Positions 35,156 to 45,746 are shown, counted from the first letter of the stretch. The stretch is 64,000 nucleotides of DNA from an uncultured bacterium (GCA_963801165.1 CAWDDT010000005.1:352001-416000); one strand, 5' to 3'. A program made the numbers and translations. Notes: generated by a model not told the origin, from the sequence alone.

Positions 35156-37792
35156 TCAGATGACCGGTGTGTCCCGGCCCATATCCGAGAACAAGGTGAA
35201 CTCGGGGAGGAAGGTCAGGTCGACCCGGCCCACGGAACCCTGGCGGTGCTTGGCGATGGCAACCTCGGCGATTCCCTTAGTCTCGACGGCTTCGGGGTGG
35301 TAGTACTCGTGCCGGTAGATGAACAGGACGACGTCCGCATCTTGTTCTATCGCGCCGGAATTGTGCACGACAATTCCGTTGGCAAGGAAGTTGTGCGTGC
35401 CAGCAACTCGAGCATCGAAGACCTCTTCGACCCCATCGGGCTCGATCGACTTGATCTCGTCCCAAAGGACATCGCTGTTGGCAAGCTTTGTGAAATCATC
35501 ACCCGGGACAGCCTCGGCGACGCGCCCCAGCCGCTCGCGAGACATGCTCGACTTGAACAGTGCCGACCCGCAATAGCTCATCCCCAAGTGACTTGCGAGC
35601 TGTCGGTGCGTCACGCCGGCCTCAGCCATGCTGCTGCGTACCGCGTTCCATACCTCCAGCGGCACCGTATCAACGTTCGTGTTGGAGGATCGTCCCTGGA
35701 GCGCGACGCGTGCCTCGCCCACGTTCTTAGCGCGAGCCCCATGGACCCCGATCTCGCTGAGGAACCGACGCTGTTGATCAGCCCCTGAGATCCACAATTG
35801 ATGCGCCGGCGCGTACTGCCCCTGCGCCACAACGTGGAGACGAGGTATGAACCCCACCCGCAGCAGCAGCGTCTGGATATCCGCCGCGAGGCCAGGACTC
35901 GCTGTTGAATAGTAAACCGAAACGCGGTCCGAACTTCGCTGCACCGTAACGGATCCGTCCGTAGCCCATAGATGCCTCAGAAACAGGCGGATCTGCCGAT
36001 CTGGGAGCGAGAAGACCTTCTCTGGCACCCTCTTCGTCTTAGACCTTTGGCCGAAAACGCCGAGGTCATCGAGCCAGGCAGCAATGGGGTTGCGCCGACC
36101 GCGTGTGAGATGATAAGGCGCCGGCAGAAGTGTTTGCCATGCCCGACCCCGAAGCGGCACGGGACGGCGACGAACGCCGAAGCGAGCGCCTGCAGCGAGC
36201 ATGACAAAGCCATGGTTCTCGGGGTCCATACTCGTATATCTCAACGGCTGCCGCCGCACATAGGAACCATCGCCGATCAGATGAGCGAGCAGGCCAATCT
36301 CCTCCTCGTTCATCTCTTGAGGACGGTCTGGCGCGGGCAACCGGCGCGGGACGGCGATCCGATCACCGACGCTCAGGTCACCGACCATCGTCCAGCCGGC
36401 GTAGGTTCTCAGCGGATGGTTCTCTGTCGCCCGCAGACTGCGTCCCGACCTGGTTGTGATCTTGAACACAGGCTTCACTCCGGTCGACCACGCCTCGGAC
36501 ATGACACCGGGCACCAGCTTGTATTCGTCGCTCAGGCTCCACACTGGTATGTCCGTCTGTCCGGATCGCGCCAGATCAGCGATCGATACCGCTGCCCCGG
36601 TGTCGCGGCGCCTGATCTGAGTGTCGGCGGCAAGACACTCGCGTAGATCACCGAGACGGGGCCGCTTGTCCTCGCGTTGCTCCAGAGAGCGGTTCAGCTG
36701 GGAGACACCGATAACGGGGACCTCGAGCTCTCTGGCCAGGCTCTTGAGGCTTCTACTGATGATGGCGATCTCCTGCTGGCGGTTCTCGCCACCGCTGCCG
36801 TGCATCAGCTGGAGATAGTCCACCACCACCAGCCCCAGCCCATGACGGCGCTTCAGCCTGCGGCATTTGGCGCGAATCTCGGTGACGGTGAGCCCGGACG
36901 AGTCGTCCACATAGATCGGCTTCTTGTAGAGCACGTTCGCCGCACTAGAAAGCTTCGAGAAATCGCCTTCGGTGAGCCGTCCCGTGCGCAGCCGCTGGGA
37001 GTCGATCCGCCCCTGCGAACAGAGCATCCTCGTGACGATCTCCTCGCGACTCATCTCCATGGTAAAGATCGCCACCGGATCGCCCTGGATCGCAATGTGC
37101 TGTGCGATCCCGATCGCCATAGTTGTCTTCCCCATCCCCGGTCGGGCCGCGATGACGATGAGGTTTCCTGAATGCAGACCGGCCAGCTTCCTGTCGAGGT
37201 CACGCAGACCTGTCGAGAGCCCGATCACCTCCTGACCCAGCCGGTGCAGCTCCTCGGCTCGTTCGATCGCCGGGCCCAGCAGCGGGTCGATGGGTGCCAG
37301 CCCGTCACCAACCCGCTTCTCCGACACAGCAAACACCGACTGCTCTGCCTTGTCGATAACGTCGCCTATCGGCTCGCTGACCTCGGTGGCGAGCTTCGCT
37401 ATGTCACCGCCGACCCGGAGCAGCTTTCGTCGGAGCGCATGCTCCTCGACGATCGCCGCGTACTGCTCGATATTGGAGGTAGCCGGAACGGCGTCGAGCA
37501 GTTGGGTCAGGTAGGCGAGACCGCCGACACGTTCCAACATGTCGCTGCGGCGCAGACCCTCGGCGACCGTGACCGCATCGACCGGCTCGTTTTTGTTGAA
37601 CAGGTCGAGCACGACATCGAATATCGCCTGGTGAGAGGGGCGATAGAAGTCATCAGGTTGGAGCCGCTCGAGCGCGATGTTGGCGGCGTCGCTGTCGAGC
37701 AGAACAGCGCCGAGAACCGACTCCTCGGCCTCGACGCTGTGTGGAGGAACGCGCAGGGAACCCGATCGAGGATCGTCGATTCCCAATGCCAT
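35156..37792 (-). CDS. dnaB: Replicative DNA helicase, intein-containing
   Basis: PPHSVEAEESVLG, AARPGMGKT, VVVDYLQLM, SQLNR, DLRE/SGAIEQDAD interrupted by an intein. Confidence 0.97.
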   Translation of the reverse strand: MALGIDDPRSGSLRVPPHSVEAEESVLGAVLLDSDAANIALERLQPDDFYRPSHQAIFDVVLDLFNKNEPVDAVTVAEGLRRSDMLERVGGLAYLTQLLDAVPATSNIEQYAAIVEEHALRRKLLRVGGDIAKLATEVSEPIGDVIDKAEQSVFAVSEKRVGDGLAPIDPLLGPAIERAEELHRLGQEVIGLSTGLRDLDRKLAGLHSGNLIVIAARPGMGKTTMAIGIAQHIAIQGDPVAIFTMEMSREEIVTRMLCSQGRIDSQRLRTGRLTEGDFSKLSSAANVLYKKPIYVDDSSGLTVTEIRAKCRRLKRRHGLGLVVVDYLQLMHGSGGENRQQEIAIISRSLKSLARELEVPVIGVSQLNRSLEQREDKRPRLGDLRECLAADTQIRRRDTGAAVSIADLARSGQTDIPVWSLSDEYKLVPGVMSEAWSTGVKPVFKITTRSGRSLRATENHPLRTYAGWTMVGDLSVGDRIAVPRRLPAPDRPQEMNEEEIGLLAHLIGDGSYVRRQPLRYTSMDPENHGFVMLAAGARFGVRRRPVPLRGRAWQTLLPAPYHLTRGRRNPIAAWLDDLGVFGQRSKTKRVPEKVFSLPDRQIRLFLRHLWATDGSVTVQRSSDRVSVYYSTASPGLAADIQTLLLRVGFIPRLHVVAQGQYAPAHQLWISGADQQRRFLSEIGVHGARAKNVGEARVALQGRSSNTNVDTVPLEVWNAVRSSMAEAGVTHRQLASHLGMSYCGSALFKSSMSRERLGRVAEAVPGDDFTKLANSDVLWDEIKSIEPDGVEEVFDARVAGTHNFLANGIVVHNSGAIEQDADVVLFIYRHEYYHPEAVETKGIAEVAIAKHRQGSVGRVDLTFLPEFTLFSDMGRDTPVI
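35360..36637 (-). mobile_element. Intein (426 aa) with LAGLIDADG homing endonuclease
   Basis: N-terminal CLAADT; block B TENHP; LLAHLIGDGS and FLRHLWATDGS; C-terminal HNFLANGIVVHN followed by +1 Ser. Confidence 0.93.
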
Positions 37793-37819
37793 GCCTTCCT
37801 TGCCCGTCTACCCGGGCCG

Positions 37820-38266
37820 TTATGCGGGGATCACGTCGAGGGTCACGCTGAACTCCACTTCTTCGTGGGGTCTGATGGTCACCTCGTGCAGCCCGATCTC
37901 CTTGATCGGTGTCGGGATCTCGATGTATGCGTTCGGGATCTCGACACCACTGACTTTCCTCACCGCCTCGGCGATGTCATGACTCCCGACAGAGCCGAAC
38001 AGCTTGCCCTCGTCGCCCGAACGGGCAGCGATGACGATCCGGGAGCCAACCAGGTTCCTGGCCAGTTCTTCAGCCTCGGTCTTCAGCTTGGCAGCCACCT
38101 CGATCCGCTGCCTGCGCACCGTATCCGCCTGCCGGATAGCACCGGCGGTGGCCTTTGTTGCCAGCTTCCTCGGAAGCAGGTAGTTGCGTGCGTATCCGTC
38201 GGCGACATCGACGATGTCGCCCTTGCCGCCGAGCTCGGCGACGTCCTTCAGCAATATGACGTTCAT
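37820..38266 (-). CDS. rplI: 50S ribosomal protein L9
   Basis: [35 protein letters not shown]. Confidence 0.97.
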   Translation of the reverse strand: MNVILLKDVAELGGKGDIVDVADGYARNYLLPRKLATKATAGAIRQADTVRRQRIEVAAKLKTEAEELARNLVGSRIVIAARSGDEGKLFGSVGSHDIAEAVRKVSGVEIPNAYIEIPTPIKEIGLHEVTIRPHEEVEFSVTLDVIPA

Positions 38267-38532
38267 CAGCCCCTCTGTGAGATATAGGGCAGCAGCGCCA
38301 TCTCGCGGGCGTTCTTGATTGCAACCGCCAGCTCACGCTGATGCTTGGGACAAGCACCGGTCACCCTGCGCGCCCGGATCTTGCCCCGGTCGGACATGTA
38401 CTTACGGAGCACCGCAACTTCCTTGTAGTCGATGAAGCGCGTCTTTTCCTTGCAAAACTGACACACCTTTGGACGGCGCCGGGAATCGGCAGCCGACATG
38501 CGACGGCGCTTGGTCCGTGCTTTCGGGGGCAT
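38266..38532 (-). CDS. rpsR: 30S ribosomal protein S18 (Zn-binding form)
   Basis: [34 protein letters not shown]. Confidence 0.96.
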   Translation of the reverse strand: MPPKARTKRRRMSAADSRRRPKVCQFCKEKTRFIDYKEVAVLRKYMSDRGKIRARRVTGACPKHQRELAVAIKNAREMALLPYISQRG

Positions 38533-38625
38533 AAGTGTTCTCCTTGGGGAAGTCGATGATTCTTTCTGCTGCTCGACATCTGGCGGCACCGACCCCGGGT
38601 CGACGCACCGCTGCCGACCAACTTC

Positions 38626-39108
38626 CTAAAACGGGGCCTCGTCCGGGCCGTAGTCGTCACGGGCGACCGGGGCAGGGGGCACGGAGCCTCCGCCGGCACC
38701 ACCGCCGCCGCTGTCGCCGCTGCCGCCGTTCCAGTCTCCGCCGCCGCCGCTGCGAGGCGTTCTGGTGACCGAGGCGGTTGCCCAACGTACCGAGGGACCG
38801 ATGTCGTCGATGCGGATCTCGATGGTGGAGCGCTTCTCGCCATCCTGGTTCTCCCACGACCGCTGCTCGAGGCTGCCCACGACGATGATGCGCATCCCCT
38901 TCTGCAGCGACTCGGCGACGTTCTCGGCCATGTCACGCCAGCAGGTACCGCCGAAGAAGCTGGTCTCTTCCTGCCACTCCTTGTTCCGATCTTGGAAGCG
39001 ACGGCTGACGGCGAAACGGACACGAGCCATGGCAACACCGTTGGGGGTGAACCGCAACTCGGGGTCATCGACGAGGTTGCCGACGAGGGTCACACTGTTA
39101 TCTCTCAT
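38626..39108 (-). CDS. ssb: Single-stranded DNA-binding protein
   Basis: VTLVGNLVDDPELRFTP; Gly-rich linker; DEAPF tail. Confidence 0.96.
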   Translation of the reverse strand: MRDNSVTLVGNLVDDPELRFTPNGVAMARVRFAVSRRFQDRNKEWQEETSFFGGTCWRDMAENVAESLQKGMRIIVVGSLEQRSWENQDGEKRSTIEIRIDDIGPSVRWATASVTRTPRSGGGGDWNGGSGDSGGGGAGGGSVPPAPVARDDYGPDEAPF

Positions 39109-39175
39109 CACCTAATCTCTCTACTTTCCGCGCACTCACTGACAGTGTGCAACAAAGGTGTGACAGGTTCTCGGG

Positions 39176-39463
39176 CTACTTGCGCCCGAGCCTGGTGATC
39201 TTGTGACGAACAACCGCATCGTGAAGACCCAGGGCCCGGTCGAGCGTCTCCACGGTGTCGGTCTCTGATTCGAATTCAATGACCGAGTAGAAGCCCTCGT
39301 GCAGATGGTCGATCTCGTAAGCGAATCGGCGTTTGCCCCAGAAATTCGTACCGGTCACGGCGCCGGCACCGGCGATCACACCTTCCACCTCGCCGACGAG
39401 AGTCCGCACATCGGGCTCCGTCAGCTCGGGACGATGAATCATCATTAACTCATACGAACGCAA
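39176..39463 (-). CDS. rpsF: 30S ribosomal protein S6
   Basis: TTG start with AGGAGG RBS; RSYELMMI, WGKRRFAYEI. Confidence 0.94.
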   Translation of the reverse strand: MRSYELMMIHRPELTEPDVRTLVGEVEGVIAGAGAVTGTNFWGKRRFAYEIDHLHEGFYSVIEFESETDTVETLDRALGLHDAVVRHKITRLGRK

Positions 39464-39465
39464 TA

Positions 39466-39530
39466 TCTCACCTCCTGTGGACAGTCGCTTGTTGCGAGAG
39501 GCCCCCGGTCTCTCCGGGAGCAGGGGTTTG
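39466..39530 (-). promoter_or_regulatory. Putative S6:S18 ribosomal leader RNA
   Basis: On the - strand CCCTGCTCCC...CCACAGGAGGTG directly precedes rpsF; the pyrimidine tract could pair with the SD, as in S6:S18-binding leaders. Confidence 0.45.
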
Positions 39531-39827
39531 GGAGGGTGCCGGGCTGGTGATGCCCGACGCACTCCTCGTGCGGGTAGCGAGTGTAACGGGACGGAGGCCA
39601 TTTAGCCACATCGCGAAAGGTGGCTGTGCCGGACGATCTCATCGCCGTCCGGCACAGCCCGGGAGGATCCCGGTGACGCATCTTCCCCCTGGGTGAGTGC
39701 TGAGGAACCACTCTCCTGACCCGACCCGTCCCCGGTCCGTATACAGGAGTCACCTCCGCCCCCCGTGATACGGCCAACTAACCGGGATTCGACATGAACG
39801 CGGAAGAACTCCTGTGTCGGGCCCGCG

Positions 39828-41078
39828 TCACCCGGTCAGGCGGCTGCGCTTTCTGATGAGAAACCGACGCTCGACCTCGTTTTCGGTCAGCTCTATCGCC
39901 CGGTCGTATTCGAATCGAGCGGAGTCCACGTCCCCTGCCCGGGCGAACAGATCGGCGCTTGCGGCGTGGAATGGCTGGTACTCGTCGAGCTGCCCGGCTT
40001 CAACCTCGCCGAGGGCGGCAAGACCGGCGACGGGCCCATCGAGCTCACCGACGGCGATCGCCCGGTTCATCGCCACCACCCCATTGGGGCGGAGCATGTA
40101 GAGCTGGTCGTACAGCGCAACGATCTGCGCCCAATCCGTAGCCTCTGCGTTCGCGGCATCGGCGTGCACAGCCGCGATCGCCGCCTGGATCTGATACTGC
40201 CCGGGCTGGTTGCGACGTAGACAGGCACGCACCAGCGCGTGCCCCTCGGCGATCAGATCGCGGTCCCACAGTCCACGGTCCTGGTCGCGCAGCGGGACCA
40301 GCTCACCGTCTGCCGTGGTCCGCGCCCGGCGTCGGGCATCGGTCAACAACAACAGCGCCAGAAGACCGGCCGCTTCCGGCTCGTCGGGCATCAGCCCCAC
40401 CAGTACCCGGGTCAGTCTGATCGCTTCCTCCGACAAATCAGCGCGTACCAGCTCGTCAGATTCCGGGGCGGTGTGCCCGGCGGTGAAGACGAGGTAGATG
40501 ACGGCGAGCACGGCTCGAAGCCGGTCGGGGAGCTCGGCGGCCGACGGGACACGGTACGGGGCGTGGTTATCCCGAAGCTTGTGCTTGGCCCGAACGATCC
40601 GCTGCGCCATCGTCGCCTCCGGGATGAGAAACGAGCGGGCGATCTCGGGGGTGCTCAGCCCGCCGAGCAGCCGGAGCGTAAGGGCGACCCGGGCATCTGC
40701 CGACAGGGCGGGGTGACAGCACAGAAACATCAATCTGAGCTGATCATCCGGCACCACATCGACGAAGGCGTCGAGTGCCTGCATCTCAGGGGATTCGTCG
40801 TAATCCATGGTCTCGTTCAGTCGGTGGGCGGCGATGTGACGATCCGTTCGTGTCGACTCGCGGCGCAGCCAGTCGATCGCCCGGTTGCGTGCCGTGGTCG
40901 TTATCCAGCCGCCCGGGTTTGGCGGGATCCCTGTCACCGGCCACTTCTCGGCTGCGATCACAAAAGCCTCGGCTACCGCATCCTCGGCGAGATCTATGTC
41001 GCCGAGGATGCGGATGAGTGTTGCGGTGCAACGACCGGCCTCATGCTGGAAGACGGCGGCAAGCGACGGGTCGTTCAC
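39828..41078 (-). CDS. ECF sigma factor with C-terminal DUF6596/TPR-like extension (YciI-associated)
   Basis: GWITTTARNRAID, LRLMFLCCHPAL, AQRIVRAK, YQIQAAIAAVH; GTG overlaps the yciI stop. Confidence 0.9.
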   Translation of the reverse strand: MNDPSLAAVFQHEAGRCTATLIRILGDIDLAEDAVAEAFVIAAEKWPVTGIPPNPGGWITTTARNRAIDWLRRESTRTDRHIAAHRLNETMDYDESPEMQALDAFVDVVPDDQLRLMFLCCHPALSADARVALTLRLLGGLSTPEIARSFLIPEATMAQRIVRAKHKLRDNHAPYRVPSAAELPDRLRAVLAVIYLVFTAGHTAPESDELVRADLSEEAIRLTRVLVGLMPDEPEAAGLLALLLLTDARRRARTTADGELVPLRDQDRGLWDRDLIAEGHALVRACLRRNQPGQYQIQAAIAAVHADAANAEATDWAQIVALYDQLYMLRPNGVVAMNRAIAVGELDGPVAGLAALGEVEAGQLDEYQPFHAASADLFARAGDVDSARFEYDRAIELTENEVERRFLIRKRSRLTG

Positions 41079-41422
41079 CCTTCGAACGGGCGAACCTCGA
41101 CCGGCCCCTCGCATGCAGCGGCGCCGCGGCGTGCCCAATCGAGAGCGGCGTCGAGATCCGGGGCCTCGATGACCCAGAAGCCACCCATCTGCTCCTTCGA
41201 TTCCGCATAGGGGCCGTCGGTCATCGATACCTCGTCACCGACGGTGCGGACCACGGTCGCCGAAGTCGCCGGGTGCAGCCCACCGGCGAAGACCCACGAT
41301 CCTGAGGCCCGGAGCTTGTTGTTGAAGTCGTCGACCTGAGCAACAACTCGCTTCATCTCGTCGCTGCTGAAATCGACCTCATAGGTGTCGTCGTGCCACA
41401 CCGAGAGCAGATACTGAGCCAT
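41075..41422 (-). CDS. YciI family protein (DGPF type)
   Basis: TDGPYAESKEQMGGFWVI, EVRPF. Confidence 0.92.
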   Translation of the reverse strand: MAQYLLSVWHDDTYEVDFSSDEMKRVVAQVDDFNNKLRASGSWVFAGGLHPATSATVVRTVGDEVSMTDGPYAESKEQMGGFWVIEAPDLDAALDWARRGAAACEGPVEVRPFEG

Positions 41423-41568
41423 TGCGATCCTCCTTCGTTGGGACCTGTGCCGGAACTTCCGACACCATGTCCACGAACGGGCCCCGGGAAATCGACACGA
41501 TTCCTGCGAGATTTCTTCTTTGCCGCCGGTTCATTATCACCGGCTCAGAATCAGGTTGGCGACGATCG

Positions 41569-42270
41569 TCAACTCGGTGTGACCAGCGGCAGCTGCTCCT
41601 CCGAAACACCGTCGCCGAGACGGTAGACCCGGTACGCGGCGGCGTCGCCGTCGACCGACACAGCCGTCTTCAGCTCGGTACCGACAAAGTGCACCGCGGT
41701 TCCGTCCTCGCATGCGTATCCGGCCGGCAGGGCGCCGGCGGCCACCAGCCCGAGATACTCGGGTCGGCGCGACGGCTCGGACGAGTAGTGCGGGCAGAAG
41801 CTGCCGGGGATGAACCCGAGACCGTCGCGGAGAGGATCGGCGTTGCCGATCAGGTACGAGTCGGTGGTCGACGAGTCGAACCAGCAGTTGGCGCCCGCGC
41901 TCAACCCGCTGAGAACAACACCGGCATACCAGGCTTCCTCGAGATCCCCGTCGACACCGTGAAGCCGCCACACCGCCAGCATGTTGGCGGTGTTTCCGCC
42001 GCCTACGTAAACCATGTCCATACCAAGGAGGAAGCTGCGAACGTCGGCGATCTCCCGGTTGAACAGACTGAGGACGTACGGATCGCATCCGTAGCTCGAA
42101 TACGCCTGGTAGAAAGCGAGCGTGTAGCCGGCGTCGTCACCACTTGCCGTCGGGATGAAGCACACCCGGGGCCGGTCGGCATGCACCAGCGAGAGCGCAT
42201 ACCGGTCGAGGGTGCGGTTACCGGAGCTGAACCCGCCGCCGCCCATCGCCACGATGTTTCGTTCGGCCAC
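41569..42270 (-). CDS. Peptidase E (family S51)
   Basis: FIPTASGD, VGGGNT, GLSAGA, CPHY. Confidence 0.9.
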   Translation of the reverse strand: MAERNIVAMGGGGFSSGNRTLDRYALSLVHADRPRVCFIPTASGDDAGYTLAFYQAYSSYGCDPYVLSLFNREIADVRSFLLGMDMVYVGGGNTANMLAVWRLHGVDGDLEEAWYAGVVLSGLSAGANCWFDSSTTDSYLIGNADPLRDGLGFIPGSFCPHYSSEPSRRPEYLGLVAAGALPAGYACEDGTAVHFVGTELKTAVSVDGDAAAYRVYRLGDGVSEEQLPLVTPS

Positions 42271-42279
42271 TGCCGTCTC

Positions 42280-42792
42280 CTATCGGTCGACTGTGATGTG
42301 CTCGACGCCTTCCGGCATCGCACCCGCCGGCATCTCGAGGGCGAACCGGTATGAACGGTCGGGGCGATACGAGGTGCACGGGTCGGAGGTGCACTGCTCC
42401 ATGGCAAACCCATCTACGTAATCCCCCGCTGCGGTGAAGAACGCTATGTCGAGCGGGATTAGCGTGTCCTTCATCCAGAACGCGGCGGACACGTCCTCGT
42501 CGAAAACAAAGAGCATGCCGTCGAGATCACCGAGATCGGTCACCCCCATCAGGCCTTGCCGGCGTGTGTTGCCGTCATCGGCCACGGCAACCAGCAAGTC
42601 CTCCCCGTCGAGGCTCACAGTCGTCACGGCAAAGCCGCTGAGCTCGTCGGGGATCGGCGGCGTACTGGAGGTCGTTGCCCCGACGGTGGTTGTCGTGGCC
42701 GCAGGAGCAATGGAGTCGAACGACCCGGCCCCAGAGGCGGAGTCGCACCCGGCGACGAGGACGAAGAGCAGCACCAGCCCAACACGGAACAT
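42280..42792 (-). CDS. DUF192 domain lipoprotein
   Basis: VAGC lipobox; QGLM, GMLFVF, FWMKDTLIPLDIAF, ALEMPAG. Confidence 0.88.
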   Translation of the reverse strand: MFRVGLVLLFVLVAGCDSASGAGSFDSIAPAATTTTVGATTSSTPPIPDELSGFAVTTVSLDGEDLLVAVADDGNTRRQGLMGVTDLGDLDGMLFVFDEDVSAAFWMKDTLIPLDIAFFTAAGDYVDGFAMEQCTSDPCTSYRPDRSYRFALEMPAGAMPEGVEHITVDR

Positions 42793-42827
42793 GGCTCCGA
42801 GCGTAGTTGCCTCCCCCACACGCGGCG

Positions 42828-43835
42828 TCACGGGATCCGGCGAGGCGGACCGGTAGTGGCCCGAATAACGAGCGATGGGGGGACGACAACGTGACTGGCG
42901 ATGGTGCGGTTGTCACGCAGACGTTCCAGAACCAGCCTGACGGCATCCTCGCCGAGCCGGGCCCGGGGCTGACCCACCGTCGTCAGCGAGATCCTGGGGA
43001 GACCGGCGATACCGAGGTTGTCATACCCGATCAGGGAGATGTCGTCCGGGATAGCGAGTCCGGCGGAGTCGATGACGTCCATGGCGCCGAGCGCCGCCGC
43101 GTCGTTGGGTGCGAAAACGGCCGTGGGAACGTCACCGCTGTTGAGGATATCGGCCATCGCCTTGGCCCCGCCTGCTTCCGTGAACGCACCGGGGAAGCTG
43201 CGGACGCTGTCGGCGAGACCGTGCGTGGTCATCGCCTGCTCGTATCCGGCGCACCGGCGCGGTGCGCCTGCCGCCGTTCCGGCGTGGATATGGACGATGT
43301 TGCGGTGACCCAACTCGATCAGGTACTCGACCGCTTCCCGCGCGCCTGCAACGTCGTCGACACCCACCATGTCGATGGCGGGAGACTCCGTGTAGCGGCC
43401 GACGACCGTCACGGGGACGATCTTGGCGAATTCCTCGAGATCACCGATGTCCATCGTCGCTCCGGTCACGATCAGGGCGTCGACCCTTCGCTCGAGTAGC
43501 GTCTCGACCGACGCCTTCTCCCGATCCGGGCTGAGGTATCCGGAGGACAGCATGGTGCGGAACCCGGCACCTGTGGCGGCGACCTCGATGCCGTCGGCTA
43601 CGTCTGCATAGAAGGGGTTGTGGAGATCCGCCAGCACAACGCCGATAACATGCGATCGCTGCTGCACCAGACTTCTGGCGACCGCGTTTGGGCGGTACCC
43701 GAGCTCGGAAGCCGCCTTCAGCACCGCCTCCCGGCTGGCGTCGCTGACCCGGTCCGGATCACGCATGACGAGCGAGACCAGTGATTTGGAGACACCGGCC
43801 CGTTCGGCAACGTCGAGGATGGTGGGTCGCTTCAC
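42828..43835 (-). CDS. LacI family transcriptional regulator (likely regulator of the adjacent iol-type cluster)
   Basis: PTILDVAERAGVSKSLVSLVM; IPDDISLIGYDN. Confidence 0.93.
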   Translation of the reverse strand: MKRPTILDVAERAGVSKSLVSLVMRDPDRVSDASREAVLKAASELGYRPNAVARSLVQQRSHVIGVVLADLHNPFYADVADGIEVAATGAGFRTMLSSGYLSPDREKASVETLLERRVDALIVTGATMDIGDLEEFAKIVPVTVVGRYTESPAIDMVGVDDVAGAREAVEYLIELGHRNIVHIHAGTAAGAPRRCAGYEQAMTTHGLADSVRSFPGAFTEAGGAKAMADILNSGDVPTAVFAPNDAAALGAMDVIDSAGLAIPDDISLIGYDNLGIAGLPRISLTTVGQPRARLGEDAVRLVLERLRDNRTIASHVVVPPSLVIRATTGPPRRIP

Positions 43836-43871
43836 AAGTACCTCTTGGCTTCGGGCAATGCTAGCAACGAA

Positions 43872-43883
43872 TGGAACGTTCCA
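43872..43883. promoter_or_regulatory. LacI-type operator TGGAACGTTCCA (copy 1)
   Basis: Perfect palindrome upstream of the LacI gene; identical copies at 47595 and 53296. Confidence 0.75.
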
Positions 43884-43902
43884 GATACAACCCCGAGACC
43901 CG

Positions 43903-44889
43903 TCAATACGACGAGTACCAGCGCTCGGTCACGTCATCGAGGGCGACCACGTCGCCCCAATCCCTTCCATAGTCGACAGCGAGTCGCGACAACTCGGCGA
44001 GGCGCGGCCGGACGGTCTGCTCCATGACCCGGGCTCTTCGCTCGGGAGGAGCGGCTACGAAATCCCCCCACAGTGCCCTGCCCACGAGGAAACCCGACGC
44101 CCCGGCCCGGCAGGCAATGTCCAACTGGTCACGGAACAGCTCGTACGGATCGCCTCCGGAAAGCAACACCCAGGGAACGAGGGTCGCCTCATCGAGCTCC
44201 GCGCAGGCGTCGGCCCAGACTGCCCGATCGGTCTCATACATGGTGGCAACCGGGAAAGGAACCTTCAACACGTCCGGGCCAAGGGCAGCCAGACGCCGCA
44301 CGGTTTCGATGATGACCCTGCGCCGAATCGCAGCGAACCCGGGAGCGTCGACACTTCCGTGCCCATCCATACGGTACGGCAGCGGTTCGAGGAACAGCGG
44401 AATGTCGTACCTGGCGCAGTCGGCGACCACCTGCATGATCAACTCGTCCTGCTCCTCGGTGACGGCTCCTGCGTCGGGCCGGTACAGGACGAGCAGCTTG
44501 ATCGCGCTCGCACCTACCCGCTTCGCCTTCTCCACCGACCAGCCCTCGAGCAGCGAAGTCTTGCGAGCTGCCGGATTCCCGAGGTAACCCTGAGCCTCGA
44601 TCGCAGCGATGAAGCCGATGGATCCCGGGAGCGAGCGGGTCATGATCGCCTGACCGATGCTGTATTCCGGTTCGAGCATCACGGCCGTCGTCTCGCATCC
44701 GAGTTGCCGGAGCAGATCTAGCTTCAGCCCGGTCAGGTCGGACGACGACACGGCAGAGGGATTGCCCGGTGAGATGAGCACCCGCATCGAATCGCGGTGA
44801 TCCAGCGCGAGGACCTTGAAGATACCCTCCGGAGAGGAGGTCGCACTGAGACCGCGGGTCTTGCCGGGAGTGAGGTTGCGACGAGTCAT
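43903..44889 (-). CDS. Tagatose-1,6-bisphosphate aldolase-like class I aldolase (LacD family)
   Basis: ALDHRDS, LEPEYS, GASAIKLL, DVLKVPFP, WVLLSGG, GFLVGRALW. Confidence 0.85.
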   Translation of the reverse strand: MTRRNLTPGKTRGLSATSSPEGIFKVLALDHRDSMRVLISPGNPSAVSSSDLTGLKLDLLRQLGCETTAVMLEPEYSIGQAIMTRSLPGSIGFIAAIEAQGYLGNPAARKTSLLEGWSVEKAKRVGASAIKLLVLYRPDAGAVTEEQDELIMQVVADCARYDIPLFLEPLPYRMDGHGSVDAPGFAAIRRRVIIETVRRLAALGPDVLKVPFPVATMYETDRAVWADACAELDEATLVPWVLLSGGDPYELFRDQLDIACRAGASGFLVGRALWGDFVAAPPERRARVMEQTVRPRLAELSRLAVDYGRDWGDVVALDDVTERWYSSY

Positions 44890-45746
44890 GATCGTGGCTT
44901 CTCGATAGCATCGGAGCCCGGGCCTACATGGGGCAGCTCCATCTCGTTCAGATCCCAGTTGCCGTCGATCCAGCGGTACTCGGGTTGGAAGAACGGTGGA
45001 ATCGATCTGTCCTCTCCCGTGGGATCGCCTGCCAGATAGTTGAGGAAATACATATGACTGCCCGGGGCGGCCGCACTCGAGTGGAAGCCTTGTGTGACCA
45101 TGACCACGTCGCGGTCGGCCACGGCGAAGCTCTCGTCGAATGCTGTGTCCACCCGGTAGTTGCGGTGCATACCCCATCCGTTCGGAGGGTCGAACCGGAA
45201 GTAGTAGGTCTCCTCGAGATAGGGTGATCCCTCGTAGCCGTCGTGACAGTGTGGCGGCCAACCCGACCACTTGCCCCGCGGCACATACACCTCATAGAGG
45301 ATGAGTCGCTCGGCCGGGAGCGGGTGCGCCAGGATGTGGTTCACCTGACGCTGCGCCCCACCGCCGCCGCGTACCTCGGTCTTCATCTCGTCGGGTCTGA
45401 TCAGCCGGACCGGGTACATGCCTTCGGCCGGGGCTCCGCCAATCGCAAACTCGCTCCGCTCCACAGCGTCCACCCGAAACACCGTGCCCGGGGGGAGGTA
45501 GAGCACGGCTGCCATCTCGGCGAAGACACCGGCCCGGCCCATCGGGAAGATCTCGCCGTCGATATCGATGGCGAATTCGCCCTGTTGCGGAACGATGGCG
45601 ACCTCCCGTACTCCCGTATCGCCCATCCAAAACTCGCCCGCCTCCAAAGCCACGATGGAGAAGTCGAGTGTCCGCCATCCGGCGACCTCCGGGGTTACCT
45701 CGAGGATCACCCCCGAACCTGGAGCAGGGTTCAGATGATGATTCAT
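44886..45746 (-). CDS. iolB: 5-deoxy-glucuronate isomerase (second, divergent paralogue)
   Basis: WSGWPPHCHD, YLEETYYF, YFLNYLAG. Confidence 0.85.
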   Translation of the reverse strand: MNHHLNPAPGSGVILEVTPEVAGWRTLDFSIVALEAGEFWMGDTGVREVAIVPQQGEFAIDIDGEIFPMGRAGVFAEMAAVLYLPPGTVFRVDAVERSEFAIGGAPAEGMYPVRLIRPDEMKTEVRGGGGAQRQVNHILAHPLPAERLILYEVYVPRGKWSGWPPHCHDGYEGSPYLEETYYFRFDPPNGWGMHRNYRVDTAFDESFAVADRDVVMVTQGFHSSAAAPGSHMYFLNYLAGDPTGEDRSIPPFFQPEYRWIDGNWDLNEMELPHVGPGSDAIEKPRS

